Of a stretch of 64,000 nucleotides of DNA, positions 11,217-23,224 are shown piece after piece. This DNA comes from Podarcis bocagei (taxonomy: Eukaryota): assembly GCA_964188305.1 (NCBI GenBank), contig OZ076885.1, one strand, 5' to 3'. Numbering within the stretch: the first letter of the stretch is position 1; each line of letters starts with the position of its first letter. Below the pieces are notes generated by a model. The model saw only the letters and a list, made by a program, of their open reading frames with translations, was not told the DNA's origin and searched no databases. Position numbers and translations under genes: made by a program.

Positions 11217-11967
11217 TGTGCTGGCCCCGGGGGGGGGGGGAAGGTACTAATACCGTAGCCGAAGTTCAGTCCAGAGTCACTAGCAGGGTAGACGATCACT
11301 AGATGAGACGCGAGGTCCGAAACAGGGAGCCGGGCGGGGGAGCAGGAACGCTGGTAGGGCAGCAGCAGGAAGCCAGGCGGGTAACAGGAACACTGGTAGA
11401 GCGGAAGCAGGGAGCCAGGCGGGGAACAGGAACACTGGTGGGTCAGCAGCGGGCAGCCGGGCGAGGAACAGGAACACCGGAGAGTCAGGAGCAGGAAGCC
11501 GGGCGAGGAACAGGCACACTGGGAGTGCAGATCCAGGTCTGGGTAAAGCTGGTACTCCACAACGACATTGCTCCCACAACCTGGGACCGGGCTGCCTGAC
11601 CTTTATCTTCTTCTAAGGCCGGGGGCGGTCCCGGCCCCCAGGAGCCCCGCCTCTCCTGGCCTTAAGGCGAGCACTCCTTCTGGGAGAGACCAGTTCCCTT
11701 CGCCTCTCTGCCCTAAGCCTCTGTAGTTCAGGAGAGGCCGAAGGGTTACTGGGCCCCGGGGGAGGCTCACCTGTAGCCACTGAGTCCTCCAGCACTTCTG
11801 GGGCCAGAATGGTCTCACCTGGTGCCTGCCCCTGAGGATCTGGCACAGGTGCAGGCTCCTCAGCATCTGGGCCTTGCCCCAGTTCAGCCGGCCCTGGAGG
11901 CGGGGACTCCTGTGCCGGCTGGGATTCCTCCGGTTCACTCTCAGACTCGGAATCCCAGGCCATCACA
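11217..11967 (-). mobile_element. Solo LTR (Gypsy-like) with internal ORF
   Basis: Plus-strand termini tgtgctgg...ccatcaca; 5-bp TSD CCCTC (11212-11216, 11968-11972); TATA-like gataaagg on minus ~11600-11607; 42-bp tandem repeats ~11325-11522. Confidence 0.88.
11613..11963 (-). CDS. Putative LTR-encoded 116-aa disordered protein (MAWDSESESEPEES...SPRRSARLKARRGG...)
   Basis: ATG 4 nt inside the LTR end, stop just before the TATA-like motif; acidic start, Pro-rich middle, Arg-rich end. No expression evidence; GC-rich DNA favours open frames. Confidence 0.35.
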   Translation of the reverse strand: MAWDSESESEPEESQPAQESPPPGPAELGQGPDAEEPAPVPDPQGQAPGETILAPEVLEDSVATGEPPPGPSNPSASPELQRLRAERRRELVSPRRSARLKARRGGAPGGRDRPRP

Positions 11968-11989
11968 CCCTCTCTCTCACACATATGCG

Positions 11990-12026
<37 letters not shown>

Positions 12027-12030
<4 letters not shown>

Positions 12031-13148
12031 CCGCCTTAAGCATATCTGGCGCCATGGTGCAAAGATCCCTCCAGTGCCCCCTGCCTGTCTCCCAGCGTTG
12101 TCAACCTTTTTTAAAGGGGGGAACACCAGCAGAGGTGGAGGAAGCCTCTTGGGTTGGGACGGCGCTGCCAGTGACGCACCCAGCTTTGCGGGGCTGGACT
12201 GTCGGGATCTCAGCTCGGCCAAGCTGATAAAGCTCATCTTCCTCCAGCCGAGTCCTTCGGAATCGCCTCCTGACGATAATTAACGACCTGAGCCTTTGAT
12301 GCTCAGAGGCACATCCCATTCAGCAGAGAATCCAAAACAGCATGCGGAAGTGATGAGATTTATGGCTACATGCTATGCTTTATTTCTTACTAGGCAGACA
12401 TCAAAGAAATATACATCCTCTCTCTATGAAAGCAGAGAGCAACTGCACAACAAAGGAACAGGAAACCACTAACGTCACATCCGTCTCCCGTGAGACTTCC
12501 AACAGCCTGGACTGTCTCTGGAATGTAAACAGAGTCCTGTGACTCTAAGCAGCTGCACAGTGGCAAACAGAAACTAACATGGAGGAGGTGGGCATCGGCT
12601 GGAGGGCGGCTCCTCTGGCGGGGAAGGGGTGGAGGCTGGACGCGCCGCCTCCCGGCTCAGCTGGCTGCCTCGTACCACGGTGGCCACGGCAGGGGAGGCT
12701 CTGGGCATGGCACTGCTTCGGTGTGGCATGGCGGAGGCGGGTGAGGGCAGCAAGCGGGCCGGGGGAGCCGGCCCCATGGAGATCTGCAGCGCTGGGTTCG
12801 AAGATGAAGATGGCTAGCAGGAGGGGCGCTACGCACGCCTGTGCCTCAACTTGTTGGGCGAGCGAGCACACCGAGCAAGCAGGCCTGCTCCGAGTGAGTG
12901 AGGGCACATGCGCCACTCCCGCCAGGCATCGGCTCGTTTTTTTCCCTTTTAGCCTTCTGGCGCCCCGCAGAATTCGGTGTCTGCAGGCTAAAAGGGAAAA
13001 AACCGAGCCGGCGCTTCGCGGGAGTGGCGCACGCACCCTCACTCACTCAGTGCACTTGTTCGGTTTTCCCCGAACTCTCGCCTGGTGCCCTCCAGAACTT
13101 GGCGCCCCGGCGCCCCGCACCACTAACTTCTATGGGTAAGATGGCCCT
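12027..13148. mobile_element. PIF/Harbinger-like non-autonomous element inserted in (CA)n
   Basis: Imperfect TIR ggccgccttaag / gggtaagatggcc; (CA)n on both sides; CpG-rich interior with palindrome 12892-13048. Confidence 0.6.
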
Positions 13149-14591
13149 ACACACACACACACACACACATTCATGAAAGAACAGGCCCTTCCATTTAGCT
13201 ATCCATCTTCCAGTTATCTGCCACTTCCCCCATTCATTCTGAGCTCTTAGACATTTTAATTAAAGCATTTCCATTCCCTGCCTCCCTCATTCCTCTTCAT
13301 TCAGTTTGTTCGGTTGTAATTTTTGTTGCCAACACTCAGCAATTCTTCTTGCCTATCTTCTCTGGTCTAATCAGGAAGCCTTTTAACTTTGCCTTTGAGC
13401 TACTCGTGAGATGAGATGCAGTGACCACTCAGGTCCTTCCATTAACCTTTCAGTAGATCATCAGATTCTTTCTTTGAGGAAATACTGATATTATATTCCA
13501 TGCAGTATGCCTGTGCATGCAGCACTTTTATTTTTTAGATACAAGTTTTCTGATGTACCAGACTTGCCCAAACTGCAGGTTATAAAAGAATATATATATG
13601 TGTGTGTGTTACACCCAGCTCCACCAGTATTCCACCAATTAAAGAAAGGTATGTGCAGATAGATGGCACCCAGAAAAAGATCATTAATCCCCCATCTCAC
13701 ACAATGCACTTCAGTATGTTCACAGATTGATAACATATGCTCAGGGGTGTAGCATGGGGTGTGTGTGGGAGAGCTACAGCCTTGGGTGCATGATTTTGAG
13801 GGGGTGTGAGCCAAGTGCCCTCACACAGGGAACACTGCCCTGCCTGCTGCTGGGGGTCTCTGTTCCCCAGAGCCCAGCCTGGCCTTGCCACCATGCCCCT
13901 GGCCCCCTCGCTGAATGACCTCCTGGACAGTGCTGGGGGGGATACGCCTGCTAAGGGACATGTCAGCCGGATGGGCCCCCAAATGCCTGGGTAGGGTGGG
14001 AAGGCAGCGAACCACAGCATGGCTGCATGAATCCTCCATGCCCCGTGTCTGTCTGGCGGTGACGAGGGTTGGATTTTCAGGGCAGGTTTTGTTTTTGTTT
14101 ACCCTTCACACCCATAGGTGTGCATATGTAACACCCCAGGCACTGTCAAAGGATGCAACACTGCTGCATGTGTTTTTAAGATGGATTTTCCACCCCTTAT
14201 AGTATTATCCATGGATCAGGAAAATCCTATCACATCATGTGGATCAGGAAAATCCACAGCATCATGTGGACAACACGAAAAAGCATGCATACTTGGGGTG
14301 TCTGCATGTTTGTAAACAATCCATAATCTGTATGCAATAAGAAAACAATCCATATTCTATGTACGATGAGCAAACAATCAAACATTGCATAGCAACCTTC
14401 AACTGTCAGCAGCTCATGCAGGCCAAGAAACTATTTTTTACTTCCTGTCTTAAGAACCATATAATCAAGAAGAGATTTGGTGGGTGTGATTCTGTATTAA
14501 TAAACTTTGAACGGAGGGAACTTTCCCTTGGTTTGGTGGGTATGGTGGATGGTCTGGGACTTGAAAGACATTGTTTTATGCCAAAGTTATA

Positions 14592-14833
14592 CAGTGGTAC
14601 CTCGGGTTAAGGACCCAATTTGTTCTGGAGGTCCATCCTTAACCTGAAACTGTTCTTAACCTGAAGCACCACTTTAGCTAATGGGGCCTCCTGCTGCTGC
14701 CGCGCCGCCGGAGCACAATTTCTGTTCTCATCCTGAAGCAAAGTTCTTAACCCGAGGTACTATTTCTGTGTTAGCGGAGTCTGTAACCTGAAACGTATGT
14801 AACCTGAAGCGTATGTAACCCCAGGTACCACTG
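14592..14833. mobile_element. Tc1/mariner-pogo-type MITE, family A
   Basis: TIR cagtggtacct / aggtaccactg with TA TSD. Confidence 0.92.
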
Positions 14834-15672
14834 TATAGAACTTCATTTGATTCACATTTCATAAAAGGTAAACGGCAGCACAGGTTCCTGCTTAAGTAGC
14901 TTACGGACTAGATGAGGGGCTGCCAATGTGGTACCCTCAGGCACTGCCAGAGGAAGGGGTGTGTGGTCTGCCCCAGGTATCATACCGGGGGGGGGGTTGA
15001 CGTCATCGCATTGCTCCCCTGGGACACTCGCCATGGGCGGCACCCCCCTGGGACGCTATCCCCGCCCCGGGTGCACAGCATGTGTGCCACTCCAGGTGCT
15101 GGAGCAGCTAACTCTGCCTCCGCTTTCAGGATGTTGTTGGCTGGAGCTGATGGGAGTCAGTGTCCAACAACATCTGGATGGCCATGACTTCTCCTGTTTT
15201 AAACAGTCTAGGATCAGGCTTTCTAAAAGTTCACATGTTCTCACATGAATCTGATCACTGAGGCTACCATCTTAGGCTCTAAGGTGCGTTCTGCCTTCTT
15301 TAGAGGGTAGGTGAATGGCCTGGAAGAACAGATCTTTTTCCGTGGTGGCCCCATGACTCTGCCAGACCCTCTTCCAGGAAGATCTATCAGGCACCCACTC
15401 TCCACTCCTTCAAGAAACAATAAAAAAAAATTGTTTTCCACGGTTCTTTCAAAGGGGATAGGATTTGCAAATTGTTGTGCTGTTGTGGGGTATGTGTCTT
15501 TATTTATTTACTTAATGTCATGCAGTTTTTCCCTAGAACTCAAAGCAGTTTATGTAGGGTTCCTAGGCAACCTCCCAACTGAGCACTGACAAGACTCAGA
15601 GCTGCCTAGCTTTAGCAAGGTGGCTGAATCTTGGCAAGTTCTTGGCACCATGCCTTTCTTGGTGATGTGTTT

Positions 15673-15972
15673 GGGCTCATCCACAGTGCCATTTAATGTG
15701 GATGGGAAGCTTCCTTTACCTCCATTCATTCTCTGTTGTCATTCTGGTGCTTTCTTCCACATCACTGTCTTCCCACAAATTTCCCTCCCTCAAACCAGAT
15801 TTTCTCATACCAGAGATACTTCAAAAAGGGGAGAGTATGAGAAAATCAGGACCGAGGGAGGCAAAAGTGTGGGAAGGCAATGATGTGGAGGAGAATGTCA
15901 TATGGACAATGCAGAATGAATGGAGATACAGGAAGCTTGCAATCCACATTAAGCAACAGTATGGATGAGTCC
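15673..15972. mobile_element. Old fold-back MITE (Harbinger-like GGGC termini)
   Basis: gggctcatcca...tggatgagtcc; long degenerate inverted arms, so the opposite-strand ORFs 15696+ and 15821- give near-identical peptides. Confidence 0.7.
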
Positions 15973-18370
15973 TGTGCCTCTTATGGTGATGATGAGTGTG
16001 TGTGTGTGTGTGTGTGTGTCCATCCATAAAATTTATATCACACATTCTTACTAAGTGGATCAAGAAGCCATACAGGGGGGTTGGATGTGGGTTTGCATGG
16101 AACTCCATGAACCAGATGCTCTTACAGGTGGCAGGATGAGGCAGGTTTTGTAGATTCCTCTCCCCTCTGCAGCCCTACCTGCAGTGGCAGATTTAGGGCA
16201 GCGTGACTGGTTCCGCCACACTGGACATTAAGCCTAGGGGGTGCTGCAAGGCATCACAACTATGGTGTAGCGAAATGAGCAGAACGGAAGGAAGGAGGCT
16301 GGGGTTGGACGCTAAATTTTGGCCTTGCATAGGGCACCACTGAAATTTGAAAGACCAAAATCTGCCCTGCCACCAGGCCTTGAAGATCTGGCCCAGAGAC
16401 TTGTGGGACCTTCTAGAATAGCATGAGAGGTGGTGCTGAAGGGAAACTTGGAGAAAATGACTAATTCCCTTTCACCCCCAGGAGGTCCTCCTCGTGGAGT
16501 GAGAGTCTCCACTTGATCTGACTAATTTCTGCTAATGGAAGGAGCTCTTATGTCTATTGGAACAGCAGATCCAATGCAGGGTTCTTCTCCTTTACCCTTT
16601 CTTGCTGGTTTCACAATCTTTGGATTTGTTTCTCTATATTTATGGATTGTTAGCCATCTCAAATGCTTCTTCACGTCTTCCAAAGACTGAATAGTGTGGT
16701 ACTGATGTTTTCAATGATTAAAATCCAAATAAACAAGGCAGAACCAAAAAATACAGAGCAGCAGCGTGCAAGAGGAGAATTCCAAATGCATGCAGGAGGT
16801 ACCAAAGAGTATCGAGCGGAAAGCTGGAAGATGGAACCTGAGGCCTCATGACAAGAAGGGAATCTGCACAGAGTGATGCTGAATAGATGGAAAGATCCCT
16901 TTGCTGCATGCGAGCTGAAAGGGAGGCAGCCCCATGCAATGGCAGGAGCCCAGGCAAAACTGCAAGTGCGCAGTCTCTGGGGATGGAAGTAGGCTAATTA
17001 GTGTAGGAGGCATAAGGGTTATAGAGAGCACTAGGTGTAAGAATGACATGGCAGAGTGGGAAGCTAGCAGCTGAGGGCAGATGGTAAAGTGATGTGACCT
17101 TCTGGAAAAGAGGCTCTTAAAATAAACGAGAACAAATTCATTTCCTGAAGATGGGAAAAAAAGCAACAGCGATGGCTGATTTCCTCCTTAATTATGCATT
17201 TTCAAACATTAAGATAAGCATTGTTTCACTGCAGGAGTAGAATTTTGTTTGGGGAAACGGGTCACCACAAAACAGCATTAAAGAATTCACTCCCCCTGCC
17301 CCATGTTCTTCCACTCCTTGTAGCTATGGGACGTGCCAGGGGATGGGCAACTCAAGTTGTGCTGGATCAGGCTGCAATGGCTGAATTCCTAAGAAGCATC
17401 CTAACCCCATTTGTTAACTTTTGTGACCCACAGCTGTAGTTCCCGACGTGGCTAAGTTCTGCCAGGGGCAGGGCACTGTCAAATAGGAGTACATATTCCA
17501 ACAAAAGCTACTGCATCTGAGCAATGTCATGCTGGTGCAACAGAGTACGTCTGCTCAGTGCAAGAGCTTTAGGCACTAACACCACTAGACGAGGCAGAAA
17601 GGTGTGTGGAGCACCTGTGATGCATTCTAAAGGCATTTTGGAAACCACAGTGGGAGCTGTTCACCTGATCCATAGTTCAACAGGGGTTCTGCTCTGAAAG
17701 AATGGATTTGCTTCACTTCCTTTACACAGCTTGCCAACGCAGCTTTGTCGGCGGACGCCCCCCCTTAGCACCATTGTGACACACCCCTGTTAGGATAAGT
17801 GTGTGACAGAATGGTCATCTTGGGTAACTGACCCACAGCTAAATAATAATAATGTTAAAGCTGAGTCAGTGCCTGTTGCTCCCCCAAATCCTACTGAGAA
17901 TCTGTGGGAGTTGGGTGCTGTTTATCGGGTTTCTTTGAAAGCATGGCAGCATCGGGGCCAGACCTGTCCAGACAGGGGAGATCTGTGATTGTGTATCCTG
18001 AAGTCTTTTTATATGTTTAAAATCACCTCTTTTTAACAAGTGGGGAGGATTGGTCAGGGTCACAGCCCTGTGGGAGGGGGACTGTAACTATTTCCTGTGC
18101 GCAGTGTCCCCAATTAGAAATGTTTTCCCCAAAGTGACTATTAACATCAGAGGCATAAAAACAAAGGTTCCTGTATCTTTCCCATCTTTCCTCCACTTTG
18201 TGGCTGGCAATGGCTTTGGAGGGCAGGTGCATGCGATTCTAATTTGGGGGGTGGGTGGGAAGCACAGGTGGAGAGAGTTAAATCTCTTCACCAGCAGCTG
18301 GATCCCATTTGACTTCCATTACCAGCACCTGCTTTTAAACCTGGGGTGGGGGATCTGCAAGCAGAGAGTT

Positions 18371-18663
18371 AAAGGTAAAGGGACCCCTGACCATCAGGTC
18401 TAGTCATGACCGACTCTGGGGTTGCGGCGCTCATCTCGCTTTATTGGCCGAGGGAGCCGGCGTACAGCTTCCGGGTCATGTGGCCAGCATGACGAAGCCG
18501 CTTCTGGCGAACCAGAGCAGCACACGGAAACGCCGTTTACCTTCCTGCCGGAGTGGTACCTATTTATCTACTTGCACTTTGACGTGCTTTCGAACTGCTA
18601 GGTTGGTAGGAGCAGGGACCAAGCAACGGGAGCTCACCCCGTTGCAGGGATTTGAACTGCCAC
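18371..18663 (-). mobile_element. Sauria SINE, 5'-truncated
   Basis: (ACCTTT)n tail on minus strand; TSD aagcagagagtta on both sides. Confidence 0.92.
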
Positions 18664-19185
18664 TAAGCAGAGAGTTACATGGGCCTAATTTGATGCAGCC
18701 CTTAGCATCATTCAGCATTCTGGATTCTGGCAGACTTACCTTGGCCCTACTGGTCCTCTTGGAATCATATCCTCTTGGGGTGGGGGTTCTGCATCACACC
18801 ATTATGGGGGCCACTGTAGGAACGGGGAGCCTTGCAACCCAGGGTGCTGTGTGGAAAGGGAGCCATTGGAAACCTTTTCTGTACGTAATCTATCCCAGCT
18901 CATGAGCATGTAAGACAATGACTGCCAATCTTCTTGTTTCCTGAGCATTGCTAATTAGGAATTCAGTTTTCGAACCCATATTAGGGCAGATAAAATATTC
19001 TTACTGGGGTGTTGTGTGTGAGTCACCAGCAATCTTCCTCCCCACTCTCTCTGTGATGTCAAAGTAGGGAATCAGGAATCGTGGAAGCCTCAGCATCCAT
19101 GGCCAATGTCAACCTATGAAGAATAAATCACTGCTTTTTTCTTATCATATTACAGTTCCCTGTTATTACTCTCATGTAGCACAGC

Positions 19186-19205
19186 AGCCTGCCCTCTGGT
19201 GGACC
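19186..19205 (-). promoter_or_regulatory. Candidate CTCF site
   Basis: Minus strand ggtCCACCAGAGGGCAGgc matches the CTCF core; non-repeat context. Confidence 0.6.
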
Positions 19206-21954
19206 AAGTTATCTTTAATATTTTTTTATTTCAGGATCAAGGCAATCTAACAGAAGCTTTATAAAACAAAACTTGACAGTTTAGCATGTTTTAATGTTTA
19301 TCAAAGGTTCCCTGGTATATACTGAATCCTGCAAATGTATGCATCAGTCTTTCAATCCATGGGCAGAAAGTTTCCTCTGACTTGTGGTACATTCCTGCCC
19401 CTTGCCCCCCAACATCAGATATTACGACTGCATCAAGCAAGTCTGTTCTAGGAAGTACATAAGTACATAAGTGGAGGTAGCCAAATTGGCCCATAAGAAA
19501 GATACCAAAATCCATATTGGAGCAATACCTTTATTTGGATTCACAAAATTCTCTCTTACAGACACCTCTCTCTATTCTGCACCCAGACATGGGGCATTAT
19601 CAGAGATTAAGGACACCACAATGCATCTCCTTCCAATGCCAGGCTGCTCTGGTTTCTGGGAGAAGCAACCCCTGAATGGGATCAACCTGCACCCCTGGTT
19701 CCCTTCAGGTGATATTGTACTCCAGACTTTATCAAAACTGTGCAGGGAGCACAATCCCATGCCACCAAAGCAGTACCAGTCCAAGACATCTAGATGCTTG
19801 AAGGGGAAGCCTAAACAGCACCTTCAACTCTGCTAAAAGTCACATTGTACCATTCAGATCCCCCTTTTTTGCCTTCATCTATCCCCCAGTGATGAGCACG
19901 CCTCCATGCTGTGTAGCAGTGTCACCCAGAGTGTTGCAGTGGTTAGGCTAGGCTCTGGAAGACTATGATTCAGATCCCCACTGGTTCATGAAGCTCACTC
20001 TGTGACCTTGGGCCAATAACCTTCTCTCAGACCAACTGGGAAAAGTTGGGAGTAGGATAACCACGTAGAAAACCCTGAGTTCTATGGAGGGAAGGTGGGA
20101 ATCATCTTAAAATAAGTATCATCTCAGAAGGGGTCCAAGGTATGCACATCTATAGAGAGATGTATCTGAAACTCTTTCTCCACTGAGAATTGAATGATGT
20201 GAGTGCATTGCAAGGAAACGCCAATGCCTGAAAATGATGATCAATGAAGCGATTCTCGTACTCTGTGCCAATGTAGTGGCCTGCAGATGTTGCTGGACTA
20301 CTGTTCCTATGGTCCCTGGCCATCAGCCATCCTGGCAGGGACTGATGGGACTTGCAGTACAACAATTTGGGAAGGCTACCACACTGGCCAGCTCTGTAGT
20401 CTTGAGTCTAAAACCAGAGTTGAAAGGACAGGCAAAAAAAGAAAGAAAAGAAAAGGTGTGTATTACACATAAAAACTGAAGCAACTCATCTGCCGTGTCC
20501 TTTTTCTTGGGAAGGTTTCAAGAAGTTCCTTCTAGACCCTTGGCCCTTCTTCTCCATCACCTAGAGGCCTAGGAAAGAACCCATGGTGGCAATGGATCCC
20601 CATCGGGAGCCCAGCTGGCTCCATTTTGTGCTTTCCTGCTACCTCCGCCTCTCCACCCAAAAGCGACTTCTTCTGTCAACCCTTTCCAACTGGATACAGA
20701 TTTCTCTTTGAGTGCACGCCGACCCTCGGTGACCTGAGTGAGCTGAAACAGTTGCCAGTGCATATTAATAGCAGTCAAATTCATTCAGTGCTAGTAAAAG
20801 AACCTCATGCGTGAATTTTAAGTCCAGTTGGCAAGGTAAGCTAGGATCTGAAATGTTGTTGGCTCCGCCGCAGCTGTCATTCTGTGCCAATCCGCTCCAT
20901 CCGATACTAAGCAGGTGGCTCACACATATTGTTTTTACTACATAGCATTTAAATTTTGCGAAATCTCACTGAAATAAATAGGACATTTGTGCTATTTATT
21001 GGGAGGCATTTTCCTTCCCTTTCCTTTCTTTCATTCTTTCTTTTTTTTAATGCAAGAATTCTGCATTTGAGCGTGCAGAAATATGACTTCCTATGTGGAA
21101 TATAGCAGCTGGTGAACCTGTTTATTCCCTTTGGCTGCAGTTGCATACTACCCTAAAATATAACTAATTAACTCGTATTAATTAGGAAGGGGGGTTTACA
21201 CAAATGTGCTCAAGGAGAAATACAAGTTGAAGCCCGTCTTTGCTTAAGCAAGCTACTCTAATTGCCTATTGGAGGGTTTTCATTTCTTTCATGTCAGAAA
21301 GTATTCCAAGGCTATATGCCCCCTTGGTTTTCTAAAATCTGATGTCATAGGAGTATTGGAAGAAACAAATCTGTTGTAAATAGAACAACAGTATGTGAGA
21401 CAACTATATTCCTATCCAAAACTGCAGTGTGCATTATAATAAAGTTATATCATGTGAAAACAGACAGCCACATATCATAGGAACAACACAGAAACATAGG
21501 ATGCTGCCTTGAACTGAGTCAGATCATTGGTCCATCCAGCTCAATAATGTCTGCAGTGCTTGGCAGCGGCTCTCCAGGGGTTCAGGCAGAGGTGTCTCCC
21601 AGCCCTACCTAAAGATGTGAAGGATGGAAACTGGGACCTTCTACACACAAGGCTCTATTATTGAACTATGGCTCTTTCCTACCACGGGGTTGGTGTGTTC
21701 TAATGTGACATCAGGGACTCTTCTCCAGCAACAGGGTGAAGGAACCGGCTTTAGTTGTCACCATCTTTTGAAATTTGCACTTCTCTGGATTTTACAGTGC
21801 TGTTCTCCAGCCAAGTCATGTGTACAAAAATGAATTTACTAGGGTAAAATGTGTATTAAAACACACATATTGCTGCAAATAACGTACAAGAATATTTACC
21901 CTGGCTTTGAATACTTGAGGTGTGTATTTTTAGACCTACCTTATATTTGTGATT

Positions 21955-22306
21955 AAAGGTAAAGGGACCCCTGACCATTAGGTCCAGTCGTGGCCAACTC
22001 TGGGGTTGCGGCACTCATCTCGCTTTACTGGCTGAGGGAGCCGGCGTACAGCTTCCAGGTCATGTGGCCAGCATGACTAAGCCGCTTCTGGCGAACCAGA
22101 GCAGCGCACGGAAACGCCATTTACCTTCCTGCTGGAGCGGTACCTGTTTATCTACTTGTACTTTGACGTGCTTTCGAACAGCTAGGTTGGAAGGAGCAGG
22201 GAACCAAGCAACGGGAGCTCACCCCATTGCAGGGATTCGAACCACCGACCTTCTGATCAGCAAGTCCTAGGCTCTGTGGTTTAACCCACAGCGCCACCTG
22301 CGTCCC
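21955..22306 (-). mobile_element. Sauria SINE, full length
   Basis: gggacgcaggtggcgctgtgggttaaacc head on minus, ACCTTT tail, TSD atatttgtgatt. Confidence 0.93.
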
Positions 22307-22389
22307 TTCCCATATTTGTGATTGCAAGTGGTTTAAAACTGTTTTTAAGATTGTGTTTTAATGTTGTAACCCAATATACATATATATGA

Positions 22390-22520
22390 CTTTTAGAAGA
22401 CATCTGAAGGCAGCCCTGTTTAGGGAAGTTTTTAATGTTTGATAGCTTTTTATTTTTATTATTAATATTCTGTTGGGAGCCACCCAGAATGGCTGGGGAA
22501 ACCCAGCCACATGGGTGGGG
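22390..22520 (+). mobile_element. L2 3'-end fragment
   Basis: gaaggcagccctgtttagggaagttttt...gccacccagaatggctggggaaacccagcc; same tail at 31063-31190, 33842-33980, 46150-46270 (-) and 58800-58913. Confidence 0.8.
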
Positions 22521-22997
22521 GATGAGTGAATGAATATGTGTGTGTGTGTGTGTGTGCGCGCGCGCGCAAAATATATACATTATGCAAAATCACATGCAAA
22601 TGTTTATATTAAAGATAAATTCTCACTGAAATGCTGGCAAATTTTTGTGTTCAAATTTTAAAAAATTGCACACTGATGTGGAAATGTGAGGAACCGAGCT
22701 TATGACTGGAAAAATGAGACATAGAGGAAACAAAATAGACAGATTCACCCCTCCCTGCTCCTAGGTCAAGTCTGCACAGGTTCTTCCATCAAGTACCGTT
22801 GTTTTTAGCAGCCTGGCAGGAGAAGAGACACTTGGAAACAGGAAGGCGGTTGTTCCAGACCCAGGAAGTAGCACAGCTGAAGACAGAGAGATGGGAGAGC
22901 AGAATTTGGTTGTGACCTAGACAGTGGTGAGAGCTTCATTCATTTGGGGGTGGGGAAAACAGATGATTGGTATTATGACTATTTCCCAATTAAAATA

Positions 22998-23224
22998 CAG
23001 TGGCACCTCGGGTTACATACGCTTCATGTTACAGACCCCACTAACCCAGAAATATTACCTCGGGTTAAGAACTTTGCTTCAGGTTGAGAACAGAAATTGT
23101 GCGGTGCCTGCACGCCAGCAGTGGGAGGCCCCCATTAGCTAAAGTGGTGCTTCAGGTTAAGAACAGTTTTAGGTTAAGAACGGACCTCCGGAACAAATTA
23201 AGTACTTAATCCGAGGTACTACTG
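22998..23224. mobile_element. Tc1/mariner-pogo-type MITE, family A
   Basis: TIR cagtggcacctcgg / ccgaggtactactg with TA TSD. Confidence 0.9.

Noticed and set aside
11325-11522. CRISPR-like repeat/spacer appearance
   Set aside because: Variable segments are only about 9 nt, repeats are degenerate, the context is a vertebrate LTR and there are no cas genes.
18444-18905. Recurring MAEGAGVQLPGHVASMTKPLLANQSS ORFs (also 22064, 24539, 31285, 34813, 42782)
   Set aside because: Antisense translations of Sauria SINE copies, not a gene family.
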